Assembly (NCBI GenBank): GCA_963783385.1
Contig: CAWANJ010000002.1
Location: 1 to 64,000, forward strand
DNA from: an uncultured Gemmatimonadales bacterium
Lineage (GTDB): Bacteria > Gemmatimonadota > Gemmatimonadetes > Palauibacterales > Palauibacteraceae
Direction: 5' to 3'
DNA: 64,000 nucleotides
Translations under genes and position numbers: made by a program
Notes under the pieces: model-generated
What the model saw: only the letters and a program-made list of their open reading frames with translations
The model's database searches: none
What the model was told of the DNA's origin: nothing
Shown: positions 1 through 11,054 of the stretch, piece by piece
How the letters are laid out: every line of letters starts with the position of its first letter
Position numbering within the stretch: position 1 is the stretch's first letter

Positions 1-45
1 GCGGCCCCCTCGCGTCGTTGTCAGTCCGGGGTTAGGCGGGTTGCC

Positions 46-1107
46 TCAGCCCCCCGCCGCCACCTTCTCCTGCGTGGGCACCCTCTCCCAGAACCAGCTG
101 GCGAACCGGCGCAGGCCCTCGTCCAGGCCGACCTCGGGAGCGTAGCCCAGGAGCTCGCGCGCCTTGATGTCGGACGCGCACGTGAGGGACACGTCGCCCG
201 GCTGCTCGGGCAGGTGATGGACCGCCGGCTCGATCTCCATGGCCCGCGCCAGTCGCGCCACCAGGTCGGAGAGGGTGACCTGGTCGCTGCGGCCCAGGTT
301 GACGACGTCGTACACGGGCGCGACGCGGCTCTCCCGCTCGACCCACTCCAGGCCCCGCGAGATCCCGTTCACGATGTCGTCCACGTACGTGTAGTCCCGG
401 GCGGAGCTGCCGTCGCCGTACAGGGGGAGCGGCTCACCGTTCGCCATGAGCCGGGCGAACTTGTGGATCGCCAGGTCGGGCCGCTGCCGGGGTCCGAACA
501 CGGTGAAGAAGCGCAGCGACAGGACCGACAGGTCGTACAGGTGGTGGAAGGTGTAGCACAACATCTCCCCCGTGCGCTTGGAGGCGGCGTAGGGCGAGAT
601 GGGCCGGTCGCCCGCCGTGTCCTCCACGAAGGGCGCGTCCCTGCGCTCGCCGTACACGGAGGAGGAGGAGCCGAACAGGAGCCGCTTCGGTCCCCGACGC
701 CGCATGGCCTCGAGCAGCGACAGGGTCCCGGTGACGTTCACATCGAAGCACAGGTTCGGGTCGTCGATCGAGGGCCGGACGCCGGGCCGCGCCGCCAGGT
801 GGACCACCGCGTCGAAGGCGATGTCCGACAGGAGGCCGTCCAGGAGGACGCCGTCCCGGATGTCCCCCTCCACCAGCCGCATGGAAGGGTGCCGGAGGGC
901 CGGCGCGATGTTCTGCCGCTTGATCTCGGGCGGGTAGAACGAATCGAAGCTGTCCAGTCCCCATACGCGGTCGCCGCGGGCGAGGAGATGGTCGCACAGG
1001 TGCGAGCCTATGAAGCCGGCCGCGCCCGTGACCAGGATGCGGGCCGTCCGCCGGCCGTCTCCGTCCGTGGGAGTCACGGGGTTCGTATGATCGTGGTTGT
1101 TGCCCAT
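46..1107 (-). CDS. NAD-dependent nucleotide-sugar epimerase/dehydratase (UDP-glucuronate 4-epimerase-like)
   Basis: TGAAGFIG Rossmann motif, HLAARPGVRPS, SSSSVYG, catalytic YAASK, RFFTVFGPRQRPDLAIHKF. Confidence 0.92.
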   Translation of the reverse strand: MGNNHDHTNPVTPTDGDGRRTARILVTGAAGFIGSHLCDHLLARGDRVWGLDSFDSFYPPEIKRQNIAPALRHPSMRLVEGDIRDGVLLDGLLSDIAFDAVVHLAARPGVRPSIDDPNLCFDVNVTGTLSLLEAMRRRGPKRLLFGSSSSVYGERRDAPFVEDTAGDRPISPYAASKRTGEMLCYTFHHLYDLSVLSLRFFTVFGPRQRPDLAIHKFARLMANGEPLPLYGDGSSARDYTYVDDIVNGISRGLEWVERESRVAPVYDVVNLGRSDQVTLSDLVARLARAMEIEPAVHHLPEQPGDVSLTCASDIKARELLGYAPEVGLDEGLRRFASWFWERVPTQEKVAAGG

Positions 1108-1165
1108 GCCTGCACTTCCGTATGCTCGTGGTCGGCTCCCTCCCGGGGCGCACGGGTCTTCCTAG

Positions 1166-1183
1166 TGGCAAGAGCGGTGCCGG
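1166..1183 (-). promoter_or_regulatory. sigma54 (RpoN) -24/-12 promoter of the epimerase
   Basis: Minus strand reads CCGGCACCGCTCTTGCCA = GG-N10-GC with GGCAC and TTGC cores, about 60 nt upstream of the ATG at 1107. Confidence 0.8.
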
Positions 1184-1254
1184 ATCCGGTAACGCCGAAA
1201 GCCCTTTCGTGGCGCGGGGTTTCTCCCGGCAGACGTCCAGGCGGGGCGAGGTCG

Positions 1255-1360
1255 TGTTGCACGGTCGGGACAACCATGTGGTATGGCGGGATCGCAACGC
1301 TTGCCGCCCTCCCGCGCTCGTCCCGGGCGCTGGACGCTCGAGTGTGTCGAATGTGCCACA
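1255..1360. promoter_or_regulatory. Candidate upstream activator sequences for a sigma54 enhancer-binding protein
   Basis: TGT-N12-ACA at 1255-1272 and TGT-N10-ACA at 1345-1360, roughly 70-180 nt upstream of the sigma54 promoter, next to a divergent NtrC-family gene. Confidence 0.4.
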
Positions 1361-1377
1361 GATCGGCGCCCAACTTC

Positions 1378-1406
1378 TTGACACTGGGTCCTCCGTGACG
1401 TAGTCA
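1378..1406 (+). promoter_or_regulatory. Possible sigma70-type promoter for the regulator/kinase pair
   Basis: TTGACA-N17-TAGTCA; perfect -35 but imperfect -10. Confidence 0.3.
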
Positions 1407-1703
1407 TCATCGCCCATTCACGTCCAAGGGACGTGAGGGCAGGCAGCGCGAGTCGGACTTGCGATCGGCCCGCGAATCGGGCCGGATTCAGATCGAGAGG
1501 CTGTGGCTGGCGATCTGTTCCTTCCCCGTCCGACCCGTCATGGCAGGTCGCACGCTGCTCGTTCCTTCTTCGGAGCCGGTCCCGGTGACACCGAGCGCTA
1601 GAGGCGGCCGGAAGGGTCGCTCGAAACGGTTCGCTCCGGAGGCGGGATGAGTCCCTACCGCGATTCCGAGGTGGTGCGTTGACATCCGATACAGCCGGGG
1701 CGC

Positions 1704-3214
1704 GTGAGCTGGAGGGGCGAAGAGCCCTTCCTATCGTCGGAAGATCGATCGACGATCCACATCCTCGCCGTCGACGATGAGCTCACCGCGCTCAAGAGCT
1801 GCGAGTCGGTGCTCACCGCCGAGGGCTACCACGTGGACGTGGAGCGCCGGGGCGAGGACGCCATCCGTCGCCTGAGGGCGGGCAGCTACCACGTCGCCCT
1901 CATTGACCAGAACATGCCGCGCGTGGACGGGATGCAGGTGCTGGAAGCCGTGCGCGAGCACTCGCCGTCCACCCTCGCGGTCATGATGACGGGCTACGCC
2001 ACGGCGGAGGCCAGCGTGCGGGCGTTGCAGGCGGGGGCGTGGGACTATCTGCCCAAGCCGTTCACGGCGACCCAGCTCCTGGTGCTCGTCGACCGCGCCG
2101 CTCACACGCTCCTCCGGGTCCGGGCCCTGGCCGGCCGCAGCACGAAGGACGCGCAGAACGGCGTGCTCGTTGACAACGGGGTCCAGATCCTCGGCATCTC
2201 GAAGGCCATGCGCGACGCGGTCGCGCGGGCCCTCAAGGTGGCCGGCACGGACGCCTCGGTGTTCATCACCGGGGAGAGCGGTACGGGCAAGGAGGTCATC
2301 GCCCGCTGCATCCACCAGGAGAGCCGCAGGGCGAGCAAGTCGTTCGTGGCGGTCAACTGCGCGGCGCTACCCGGCGAGCTGCTGGAGTCCGAGATGTTCG
2401 GGCACCGCCGTGGAGCCTTCACGGGCGCGGTGCGCGACAAGCCCGGGCTCCTGGAGATGGCCCACCAGGGCACCCTCTTCCTGGACGAGCTCGTCGAGAT
2501 GCCGGTCGCGCTCCAGCCCAAGCTCCTGCGCGTCCTGCAGGACGGGGTCGTCCGGCGGGTCGGGAGCGAGAAGGACGACGCGGTGGTCGACGTCCGCTTC
2601 ATCTCGGCCACGAACCGGAACCCGGAGGATGCTCTCGACGAGGGGCTGCTGAGGCACGACCTGTTCTACAGGCTCCGAGTCGTGCCCATCGAGCTCCCGT
2701 CCCTGCGCGAGCGGCCCGAGGACATCCCGGTCCTCGCGGCGCACTTCATCGAGCACTACTGGGAGCGTCATCGGCTCCCGGGATCGAAGCCCCCCGAGCT
2801 GGCGTCCGAGACCCTCGACCGCCTCGTGTCGGCGTCGTGGCCGGGGAACGTGCGGCAGCTCCAGAACGTGCTGGAGGAAGTCGTGGTCCTCTCGGACCCC
2901 GAGGGCGAGATCCTGCCCGAGTCGCTTCCATCCCTGGACCAGGACGGGATGGGTGGGGGGGATCCGGGGCGCGCGACGCCCTGTTCAGAGACCTCGATCT
3001 CCGCGGGAGCTACCACGACGTCAAGCAGGAGCTCATCGACCGGTTCGAGCGGCAGTACCTGGCCCGCATCGTGGCCCAGGCCGGGGGGAACATGTCGAAG
3101 GCGGCGCGGCGGGCCGGCATCGACCGAACGACGCTCTATCGCCTGATGGACAAGCACGAGCTCTCCAAGGACAACCTCGCGGGACGGTCGCGAGAGCAGG
3201 ATGAGGAGGACTGA
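1704..3214 (+). CDS. NtrC-family sigma54-dependent response regulator (REC-AAA+-Fis HTH), split by a 1-nt frameshift near the G7 run at 2955-2961
   Basis: REC domain (AVDDE, LIDQNMP, KPF), GESGTGKE, GAFTGA, LFLDE, WPGNVRQL. The HTH (GGNMSKAARRAGIDRTTLYRLM) lies in the -1 frame ending at 3214. Confidence 0.9.
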
Positions 3215-4334
3215 CGTCCGTGCCGGACGGCACTCCGGCTCGGATGGATCCCGTCGTACGGATCCGGGTCGGACACCGGTGCGACGCGCGGGCTCCCGGA
3301 CGGAGCCGGCCACGCATCGCGTGGCGCGCCGGACGGTGGCGTCGACCGTGAGTGGAGCGTCGCAAGGGGCCGGCGGCTCCGATGCGCTCCAGGACCGGAT
3401 TCGGGCCCTGGCTCTGGCGGAGGACTCCGCCCCTCCGGCCGCGGAGATCCGGGACCTCCTGCACGATCACGATCTCGAGAGCGTTTGGAACGCCCTCTCG
3501 GGTCTCCACCGGGAGCTCGACGAGGCCAGCGGGACCGACCTGCAGCCGGCGGAGGTGGACCGTCTCCGGCAGCGGCTCCTCGGCCTGGGCTGGCTGGTCG
3601 TGCAGTCGGCGCCGCAGACCGCGGTGCGCTCCTATCGCGAGCTCCTCCGGGACATTTCGCACGACATCCGCTCGCCGCTCAACTCCATCCTCTTCCTGAG
3701 CGAGGGGCTGACGAGCCACCAGAGCAGCGGGCTGTCCACGACGCAGAAGCGCCAGGCCAGCATCGTGTACGCCGCCGCGGCCTCGCTCCTGAACCTGGTG
3801 AACGACCTCCTGGACTTCTCGCGCACGGCCGAAGGCGACGTGGGGGGAGTGGCCAGCATCCCCTTCAGCGTGAGTTCCGTGGTGGGCGACGTGAAGCGCC
3901 TGGTCGCCCCGCTGGCGGATTACCACGAGACCGACCTGGAGGTCGTATCCGCGGTGAAGAAGCCCCGCATGGGAGATCCTCAGCTCCTGTGTCGCCTGCT
4001 CATCAACCTGGTATCGAATGCCATCGAGGCGGCAGACGTGGGGGGGCGCGTGGAGGTCGGGATCGAGGCCACGGGCGAGGATTCCCTGTTGATCCTCGTG
4101 GCCGACAACGGGGCCGGAGCGGAGCTCGAGACGGTTCGGAGCCTTCTGGCGCCGCAGCCGGAGGAGAGGCTCACGCGGATGCTGCACGGTCGCACACACG
4201 GCCTCGGGCTCATCATCGTGGGGCGCCTGGTGCGAGCGTCCGGGGGATCGGTCGGCGTCGAGCCGCGCGACGAGAACGGCGGGACGCGGTTCCGGGTCGA
4301 GCTCCCGTTCGGACTCCTCCGGGGAGTCTCCTGA
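3201..4334 (+). CDS. Cytoplasmic histidine kinase (HisKA + HATPase) with no obvious TM or sensor domain
   Basis: H-box SHDIRSPL, N-box NLVSNA, DNGAG, HGLGL; overlaps the 3' end of the regulator. Confidence 0.85.
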   Translation: MRRTDVRAGRHSGSDGSRRTDPGRTPVRRAGSRTEPATHRVARRTVASTVSGASQGAGGSDALQDRIRALALAEDSAPPAAEIRDLLHDHDLESVWNALSGLHRELDEASGTDLQPAEVDRLRQRLLGLGWLVVQSAPQTAVRSYRELLRDISHDIRSPLNSILFLSEGLTSHQSSGLSTTQKRQASIVYAAAASLLNLVNDLLDFSRTAEGDVGGVASIPFSVSSVVGDVKRLVAPLADYHETDLEVVSAVKKPRMGDPQLLCRLLINLVSNAIEAADVGGRVEVGIEATGEDSLLILVADNGAGAELETVRSLLAPQPEERLTRMLHGRTHGLGLIIVGRLVRASGGSVGVEPRDENGGTRFRVELPFGLLRGVS

Positions 4335-4349
4335 GCGGAGCCCTTCCGT

Positions 4350-5107
4350 TCAGACCTCGGGCGAGCGCCTCAGGTGCTCGCCGCCGTCCACCCGAACGAT
4401 CTCTCCGGTCACGAACTCCGCAGCATCCAGGTAGAGGACCGCGCCGGCCACGTCCTCGGGACTGCCCACCCGTCCGAGGGCCGTGTTGGCGGCGGCCCGG
4501 CTCCGCTCCTCCTCCGTGGACCCCGGCGGCAGGAGCACCGGCCCCGGCGCCACGGCGTTGACCCGGAGGCGTGGGGCCCAGGCGAGGGCCAGGCTGCGGG
4601 TGAGGCTCACGATGGCCGCCTTGGAGGCCGCGTAGGGCGCGTAGGCCGGCCAGGCCTCGAAGGCCGCCACGTCCGCGATGTTGACGATCGAGCCGCCCTC
4701 CGCCATGCGGGCGGCGGCCTCCCGAGCGCACAGGAAGGGTGCGCGGGCGTTCAGGGCGAACACGCGGTCCCACGACTCCAGGGTCACCTCCTCGGGTCGC
4801 CCCCGGGGGAAGATGGCCGCGCTGTTGACCAGGAGGTGGAGGCCCCCGAGCCGCTCGGCCGCCTGCTCCACGAGCCCCGGAACGGCCTCGGGATCCGAGA
4901 GGTCGGCGCGCAGGGCGTGGGCTTCCCGGCCCGAGGCACGGATGGTCTCGACGACCTCGTCGGCCGCCTCCCGGGACCCGTGGTAGTGGACGGCCACGTG
5001 GTAGCCGGCATGCCCCAGGGCGAGGGCGATCGCGCGGCCCACGCGCACGGCGCCGCCGGTCACCAGGGCCCGCCGGACGGGCGGCCCCCCTCCGCGCGCA
5101 CCCCGGC

Positions 5108-5111
<4 letters not shown>
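4350..5111 (-). CDS. SDR family oxidoreductase, pteridine reductase/FolM-like
   Basis: TGGAVRVG, VAVHYHGS, LVNSAAIF, YAASK, RVNAVAPG; GTG start overlaps the upstream TGA. Confidence 0.85.
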
Positions 5112-5773
<662 letters not shown>

Positions 5774-5777
<4 letters not shown>

Positions 5778-6601
5778 TTCGGCTCGTCGGCGGAGGTCTT
5801 CCGAAGGTGCTCCTCCGGGGCGAAGGACTTGATGGCCACCGACTTGGCCGGGTACTCCGACATTGACGTGGTAGGGCCGTACATCGCGCGTGGCCACGGC
5901 GCGGGCCCCGACCATGCCCTGCACGCCGACGTGCACTCCCGCCAGCACCATCGCCCCGTACGTCACTCGCACGTCGTCCTCGAGCACGGTGCGAGCGTTG
6001 GTGACGTCCGTCGGATGTCGTCGATCGAGTGGGTGTGGCTGAACACCGAGGCGTGGTCGGAGATCGACACGTGATTGCCCAGGCGGATGCCGCCCCGGTC
6101 GTCGAGGAGGACGTTTCGGTGGATCACGACGTCATCGCCGACTTCGAGGTTGTAGCCGAACGAGACCTCGACGAAGTGAAAGCACTTGAAGTTCCGTCCG
6201 ACGCTCGCGAACACGTGCGGGGCGAGGATGCGCCGCAGGCGCACCCCCAGGTGTACGTTCCCGCCCAGCGGTGAGCGGTCGAACATCTGCCACAGCCACA
6301 GGAGCGGCTTGCGAGGGATAGTACCGATCCGGGTCGATCTCGTGGTAGTACTCGGGCTCCAGCGTGACGTTGCGCGGGTCAAGATTGGCGAGGGCCACGC
6401 GGGAGGCGAAGCGGGAGGCTGGGCCTCGTCCACGTCGCTCGACATTCCGGGGAAGTAGAGGTCGCGAAGCACCTCCCGACACAGCGCGTTGCGGTCGGTG
6501 TCGGGATCGGCCAGCCGATCCTCCAGCTCCGCGAGCCAGTCGTCGTAGAGCCCGGTCGCGGCCTGCGAGGGCGTCAGCGGTCGGAGGGGCCGGTGGACCA
6601 T
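5774..6601 (-). pseudogene. Hexapeptide-repeat (LbH) acyltransferase, broken by about 4 indels (probably assembly errors)
   Basis: LDPRNVTLEPEYY, PRKPLLWLWQMFDRSPLG, GYNLEVGDDVVIHRNVLLDDRGGIRLGNHVSISD, VLAGVHVG...GARAVATRDV, then PAKSVAIK in another frame. Confidence 0.8.
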
Positions 6602-6833
6602 ATGGGGGCCTGTTTCGCGTGTCGTGGATGATCGGCCGCGTGGCGGCCCATGGGGCCGGCCACGGGCCGCGCTCACACCCGGGTCGCCCAACGTGGCGCG
6701 CCGGGACCCCGGGCGTCAATCCGCTCGCTGCAAGGTCGACGCCGACGGGTCCTGCGGGGCGTCGAAGTCTGCCTCGCGCACGCCGAGGGAGCCGTGGGCT
6801 GGGTCTCGTCGCCCCCTCGCGGGTGAGGCTGGC

Positions 6834-6862
6834 TTGACGCGGCGGGAGGGGAAGGGTAGGCT
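6834..6862 (+). promoter_or_regulatory. sigma70-type promoter of the porin gene
   Basis: TTGACG-N17-TAGGCT. Confidence 0.65.
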
Positions 6863-6871
6863 CCGGGCATA

Positions 6872-6894
6872 GGATTGAGAATGAGTCTCAATCC
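6872..6894. promoter_or_regulatory. Fur-type operator (iron box)
   Basis: AT-rich inverted repeat GGATTGAGA-ATGAG-TCTCAATCC; core TGAGAAT-G-AGTCTCA resembles the 7-1-7 Fur box; lies just downstream of the -10. Confidence 0.75.
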
Positions 6895-6942
6895 CATGTA
6901 CACGGGGTCCAGTCAGGCCCCGCGCACCCGGAGGGGCACGCC

Positions 6943-8439
6943 ATGAAGCGAGCCGGAATCCATCGAGGGGCCCTCGTAGCCGCCGGGGCGCGCACCTTGT
7001 CCGCTCTTCCCACCTGCGCGGCCGTTCTCGCGATCGTGTCCGTGCCCGCCGGTGCCCTTGAGAGGCCGGCGAGCGCCGGGGACACGCTCGCCACGGCCGT
7101 AGCCGGTCGGGCGGATACCGCCGAGGCGGAGGGACGGGAGCGAGCGGCCGAGGAGCCCCACCTCGACATCGAGGGGTACGGATCGGTGCGTTTCGAGACG
7201 AGCGACGCTCCCGGCGTTGCCACGGCCTTCACCCTTCGTCGACTCGTGCTGGAGACCACCGCGCGGCCCGCCCCACGGCTGCAATTCCACACGGAGATCG
7301 AGTGGGAGCGGCTGGGCGAGCTCGGCCTCGAGCGCGGGGTCCGGCGCTCGGACGGCGGGCTTTCGTTCGAGCAGGCCGTGGAAGGGACGGCCGGAAGCGA
7401 GATCGCGATCGAGCAGGCGTGGGGCGAATACCGTCTGATGCCCACGCTGGCCGTGCGCTTCGGCGCTATCCTGCCTCCCGTGGGTAGGCTGAACCCGGAC
7501 CACGACGACTTCGAGTCGGACTTTCCCCGCCGCCCTCTCATCGACCGGGCAGCGGCGGTCCTTCCGGCCCCGGCGGCCTGGACGGAGCTGGGCCTGGGGC
7601 TGGTGGGATCCGTGCGGCTGGGTTCCCGGAGCTCCCTCGCCTGGGCGGCCTATGCCCTGAACGGAACGACCCTCTCCTTCGATCTAGAGCAGAAGATCGA
7701 GAGCGGGTCCACGGGGCCGGCCGTGTCGGTCGTCGAGGTACTCGTCGCGCCCCGGGCGGGAGCGTTCGACGGCTCGAGTCGGGCAGACGCGATCGCGGGG
7801 AGGCTCCTGTACCGTCCAGCTCCATCCACCGAGGTAGGCCTGTCGGGATACACCGGTCGCTACACGCCGCCGTTCCTGGATCGGAGCGCCGCGGTCCACA
7901 CCGTCGGAGTGGACGGCCTCCAGTGGCTCGGTCCGGTGCGCCTGACGGGGGAGTTCCTGCTCACACGCTACGACCATCTGGGGCGAACGCTCCGGGATCT
8001 AGCGCGTCGGGCGGGGCGGACGGAGGCGAGCGGCACGTCGACGAACCAGGAGGTGGTCACCGAGGTCGAGCTCACGGCCGGCGGTCTGTCGAACGAGCGC
8101 TACGGGTTCTGGATCGACGCCGCCGCACCGTTCCGGGTCGGGCAAGCCGGCGCAGGGAAGGGCTCGGCCACCCTGGCTCCCATCGTGCGCTACGAGCGTG
8201 TGTGGCTCTCGGGAGACGTCGTCGGGCTCTCGCTGACGGCCGGCGGCGCCCCGGTCGTTTCGGCGCGCGATCGCCAGCAGTCGCGGCTTTCGGCCGGACT
8301 CGCCTTCCGCCCCGCACCGGAGGTCGTGATCCATCTGGTCTACGAGCACAGCCGGGCCCACCAGGGGCCGATGATCGCCCCGGAGGTCGAGGCGCGCTCG
8401 ACGAACGCCCTCGTGCTGGGGTTGGCCTTCGGTTTCTGA
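6943..8439 (+). CDS. Outer-membrane beta-barrel porin-like protein, probably metal/iron regulated
   Basis: Signal peptide, amphipathic strands (LRRLVLET, FHTEIEWE, IAIEQAW, PVGRLNPDHD, WTELG), C-terminal Phe (LGLAFGF). Confidence 0.75.
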   Translation: MKRAGIHRGALVAAGARTLSALPTCAAVLAIVSVPAGALERPASAGDTLATAVAGRADTAEAEGRERAAEEPHLDIEGYGSVRFETSDAPGVATAFTLRRLVLETTARPAPRLQFHTEIEWERLGELGLERGVRRSDGGLSFEQAVEGTAGSEIAIEQAWGEYRLMPTLAVRFGAILPPVGRLNPDHDDFESDFPRRPLIDRAAAVLPAPAAWTELGLGLVGSVRLGSRSSLAWAAYALNGTTLSFDLEQKIESGSTGPAVSVVEVLVAPRAGAFDGSSRADAIAGRLLYRPAPSTEVGLSGYTGRYTPPFLDRSAAVHTVGVDGLQWLGPVRLTGEFLLTRYDHLGRTLRDLARRAGRTEASGTSTNQEVVTEVELTAGGLSNERYGFWIDAAAPFRVGQAGAGKGSATLAPIVRYERVWLSGDVVGLSLTAGGAPVVSARDRQQSRLSAGLAFRPAPEVVIHLVYEHSRAHQGPMIAPEVEARSTNALVLGLAFGF

Positions 8440-8594
8440 GTGGCGATGCCGGCGAAGCGCCACGGACCCTCAACCTCGAAACACGGGCCCGCCGATCTTC
8501 GTCCGGAGCGAGGCGCCCGCCGTCCCGACCCGGACTGGATCCGCGGCGTGGCAGCGGGGTGTCATACGGAGGGCACATCCAGGAACGGAGGCGC

Positions 8595-8957
8595 ATGATG
8601 AACGAGGTGCTCAGGAAGCAGATCTGGCGCAAGCTGGCCGGGCTTCCCGACGAGAAGGGCTACCAGGTGCTGGATTACATCCAGTTCCTCGAGTCCGAGT
8701 ACGCCGAGTCCGCGGCGGAGGCCAGAGGCTTCCAGCGCTTCGGGGAGCTCCTGCAGGACCGCATGCGCAAGCGTCACGTGCCCGCCACCGCGCTGCGCGA
8801 GACGATGCGGGTGCTGGGCGCTACCGACAGGGTGCTGGGCGCCTTCCGGGATGCGGCCGGCGAGTTCCTGGCCGAGCTCGAGTCGGGTAAGCCCGAGCCG
8901 GGGCCCGCGGAGCGGGAGGACCGGCCTCCGCGCGGTCGCGAGGTCGTGATCGAGTGA
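8595..8957 (+). CDS. Conserved hypothetical protein (DUF2281-like N-terminus)
   Basis: GGAGG RBS; LPDEKGYQVLDYIQFLE motif; coupled to the next gene by a GTGA overlap. Confidence 0.7.
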   Translation: MMNEVLRKQIWRKLAGLPDEKGYQVLDYIQFLESEYAESAAEARGFQRFGELLQDRMRKRHVPATALRETMRVLGATDRVLGAFRDAAGEFLAELESGKPEPGPAEREDRPPRGREVVIE

Positions 8958-9328
8958 GGTCGCTTCCCGCCGTGCTCGGCCGCGTCCGCGATCTCCTGCG
9001 GGGGATCCCGGGCTTCGTGCGGCTCCTGTGGCGGTTGGTGCGGGACCGGCGCGTGTCCCGCTTCGACCGCGCCCTGTTCGGGCTGACGCTGGCCTATCTG
9101 CTGTTCCCGTTCGACTTCGTGCCGGATTGGATTCCGGTGGTGGGCCAGATGGACGACCTGCTGCTCGTCCTGTTCGCGCTCGACCGCCTCCTGTACCGGA
9201 CGGACGAGGCCGTCCTCCTCGACCACTGGGAGGGCGATCCGGCCACGCTCCTCGCCCTGCGGGACCTGCTCGAGGACGGGGCGCGCTCCCTGCCCGGGTG
9301 GGCCCGGGGCCTCCTGCGCGCCGGGTGA
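8954..9328 (+). CDS. YkvA/DUF1232 family membrane protein
   Basis: AYLLFPFDFVPDWIPVVGQMDDL motif. Confidence 0.85.
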   Translation: MRSLPAVLGRVRDLLRGIPGFVRLLWRLVRDRRVSRFDRALFGLTLAYLLFPFDFVPDWIPVVGQMDDLLLVLFALDRLLYRTDEAVLLDHWEGDPATLLALRDLLEDGARSLPGWARGLLRAG

Positions 9329-9348
9329 TCGTGCGGGGCGGCCGCGCG

Positions 9349-9377
9349 TTGACGGCCCGGCAGGCGGCATCTAGCTT
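9349..9377 (+). promoter_or_regulatory. sigma70-type promoter upstream of guaB
   Basis: TTGACG-N17-TAGCTT, the same architecture as the promoter at 6834. Confidence 0.6.
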
Positions 9378-9520
9378 TTTGCATGGATCCAGAGTTCCTG
9401 CACGATGCGCCCCGACGACGCCGACGACGTGACTCGGCGGCCCGGCGCGGCGCGCTCGACGCTCTCCCGGCCTCCTTCGCGGGCCCCTCGCATCCCGAAC
9501 CGTGACCGGACGCCCAAGTC

Positions 9521-10978
9521 ATGAATCGGCCTACAATTAGAGAAGCCCTGACCTTCGACGATATCCTCCTGGTTCCGCGGCACTCGCGGGTCCACCCTTC
9601 GGAGGTGGAACTGGGCAGTCCGTTCACGCGCGGCATTCGCCTTGCCATACCCATCGTGTCGGCCGCAATGGACACGGTCACCGAGCACCAGATGGCCATC
9701 GCGCTGGCCCGACACGGTGGGATCGGGATCATTCACAAGAACATGTCCATCGAGGAGCAGGCGGCCCAGGTGGACCGGGTCAAGCGCTCCGAGAGCGGGA
9801 TGATCCTGAATCCGATCACGGTGGCACCCGGGGCGCGACTCCGGGAGGCCAGCGGGCTCATGTCCGAGTTCTCGATCAGCGGCGTGCCGGTGGTCGAGGA
9901 GGACGGCACCCTGGTCGGGATCATCACGAACCGCGACCTGGTGTTCGAGGCCGATCTCGAGCGACGCGTCGCGGACGTCATGACCCGGGAGGGCCTGGTG
10001 ACGGCCCCCGAGGGCACATCCCTCGCGGGCGCGGAGGAGATCCTCCGCCGGCACAAGATCGAGAAGCTGCCGGTGGTGGACGAAGAAGGCCGCCTGCGCG
10101 GTCTCATCACCGTGAAGGACATCTTCAAGCGCCGGGCCTACCCGGATGCTTCGAAGGACGAGCACGGAAGGCTCCGCGTCGGCGCCGCGGTCGGTGCTTC
10201 GCGCCGGGACCTGGACCGGGCCAGCGAGCTCGTCGAGGCTGGCTGCGACGTGCTGGTGGTGGACACCGCGCACGGTCACTCGCAGGGCGTTCTGGACGCG
10301 GTGGCGAGGATTCGCGAGGTGCTGCCGGACGTCCAGCTGGTGGCGGGCAACGTCGCCACGAAGGAGGGGGCCCGCGACCTGGCCGACCGCGGCGTCGATG
10401 CGGTCAAGGTCGGCGTCGGGCCGGGCTCGATCTGCACGACGCGGGTCGTGACCGGCGTGGGCGTGCCCCAGGTGACGGCGGTCATGGATGCCGTGGAAGG
10501 TGTCGACGGTCGGCTTCCGGTGATCTCGGACGGCGGCGTCCGCCATTCCGGGGACGTGGTCAAGGCGATCGCGGCGGGGGCGTCGACGGTGATGATGGGA
10601 TCGATGTTCGCCGGCACCGACGAGAGCCCGGGCGAGGCGTTCCTCCTCGAGGGGCGGCGCTTCAAAGTCGTAAGGGGCATGGGGTCCCTGTCGGCCATGG
10701 AAGAGGGGTCGGCCGACCGGTACTTCCAGGAAGGCCAGGAGGCCAGGAAGCTGGTCCCCGAGGGCGTCGAGGGAAGGGTGCCGTACAAGGGACCGGTGAC
10801 CGACACGATCTTCCAGCTCGTGGGCGGTCTCCGGAGCGGGATGGGGTACTGCGGTGTGGCCGATATCGAGGAGTTGCGGGTGGACGCGCGCTTCGTCAAG
10901 ATCACGGGCGGCGGTCTCCGGGAATCCCATCCGCACGATGTCGTCATCACGCGGGAAGCCCCCAACTACCGGGTCTGA
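9521..10978 (+). CDS. guaB: IMP dehydrogenase
   Basis: [22 protein letters not shown] pair, [39 protein letters not shown]. Confidence 0.98.
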   Translation: MNRPTIREALTFDDILLVPRHSRVHPSEVELGSPFTRGIRLAIPIVSAAMDTVTEHQMAIALARHGGIGIIHKNMSIEEQAAQVDRVKRSESGMILNPITVAPGARLREASGLMSEFSISGVPVVEEDGTLVGIITNRDLVFEADLERRVADVMTREGLVTAPEGTSLAGAEEILRRHKIEKLPVVDEEGRLRGLITVKDIFKRRAYPDASKDEHGRLRVGAAVGASRRDLDRASELVEAGCDVLVVDTAHGHSQGVLDAVARIREVLPDVQLVAGNVATKEGARDLADRGVDAVKVGVGPGSICTTRVVTGVGVPQVTAVMDAVEGVDGRLPVISDGGVRHSGDVVKAIAAGASTVMMGSMFAGTDESPGEAFLLEGRRFKVVRGMGSLSAMEEGSADRYFQEGQEARKLVPEGVEGRVPYKGPVTDTIFQLVGGLRSGMGYCGVADIEELRVDARFVKITGGGLRESHPHDVVITREAPNYRV

Positions 10979-11054
10979 GGCCGAGGCACGACCTCGGCTC
11001 GCCAGCCGCGGGACGAAGACGTTCGTGCGGCGAGAACATGCAGGAGTGAACGTA

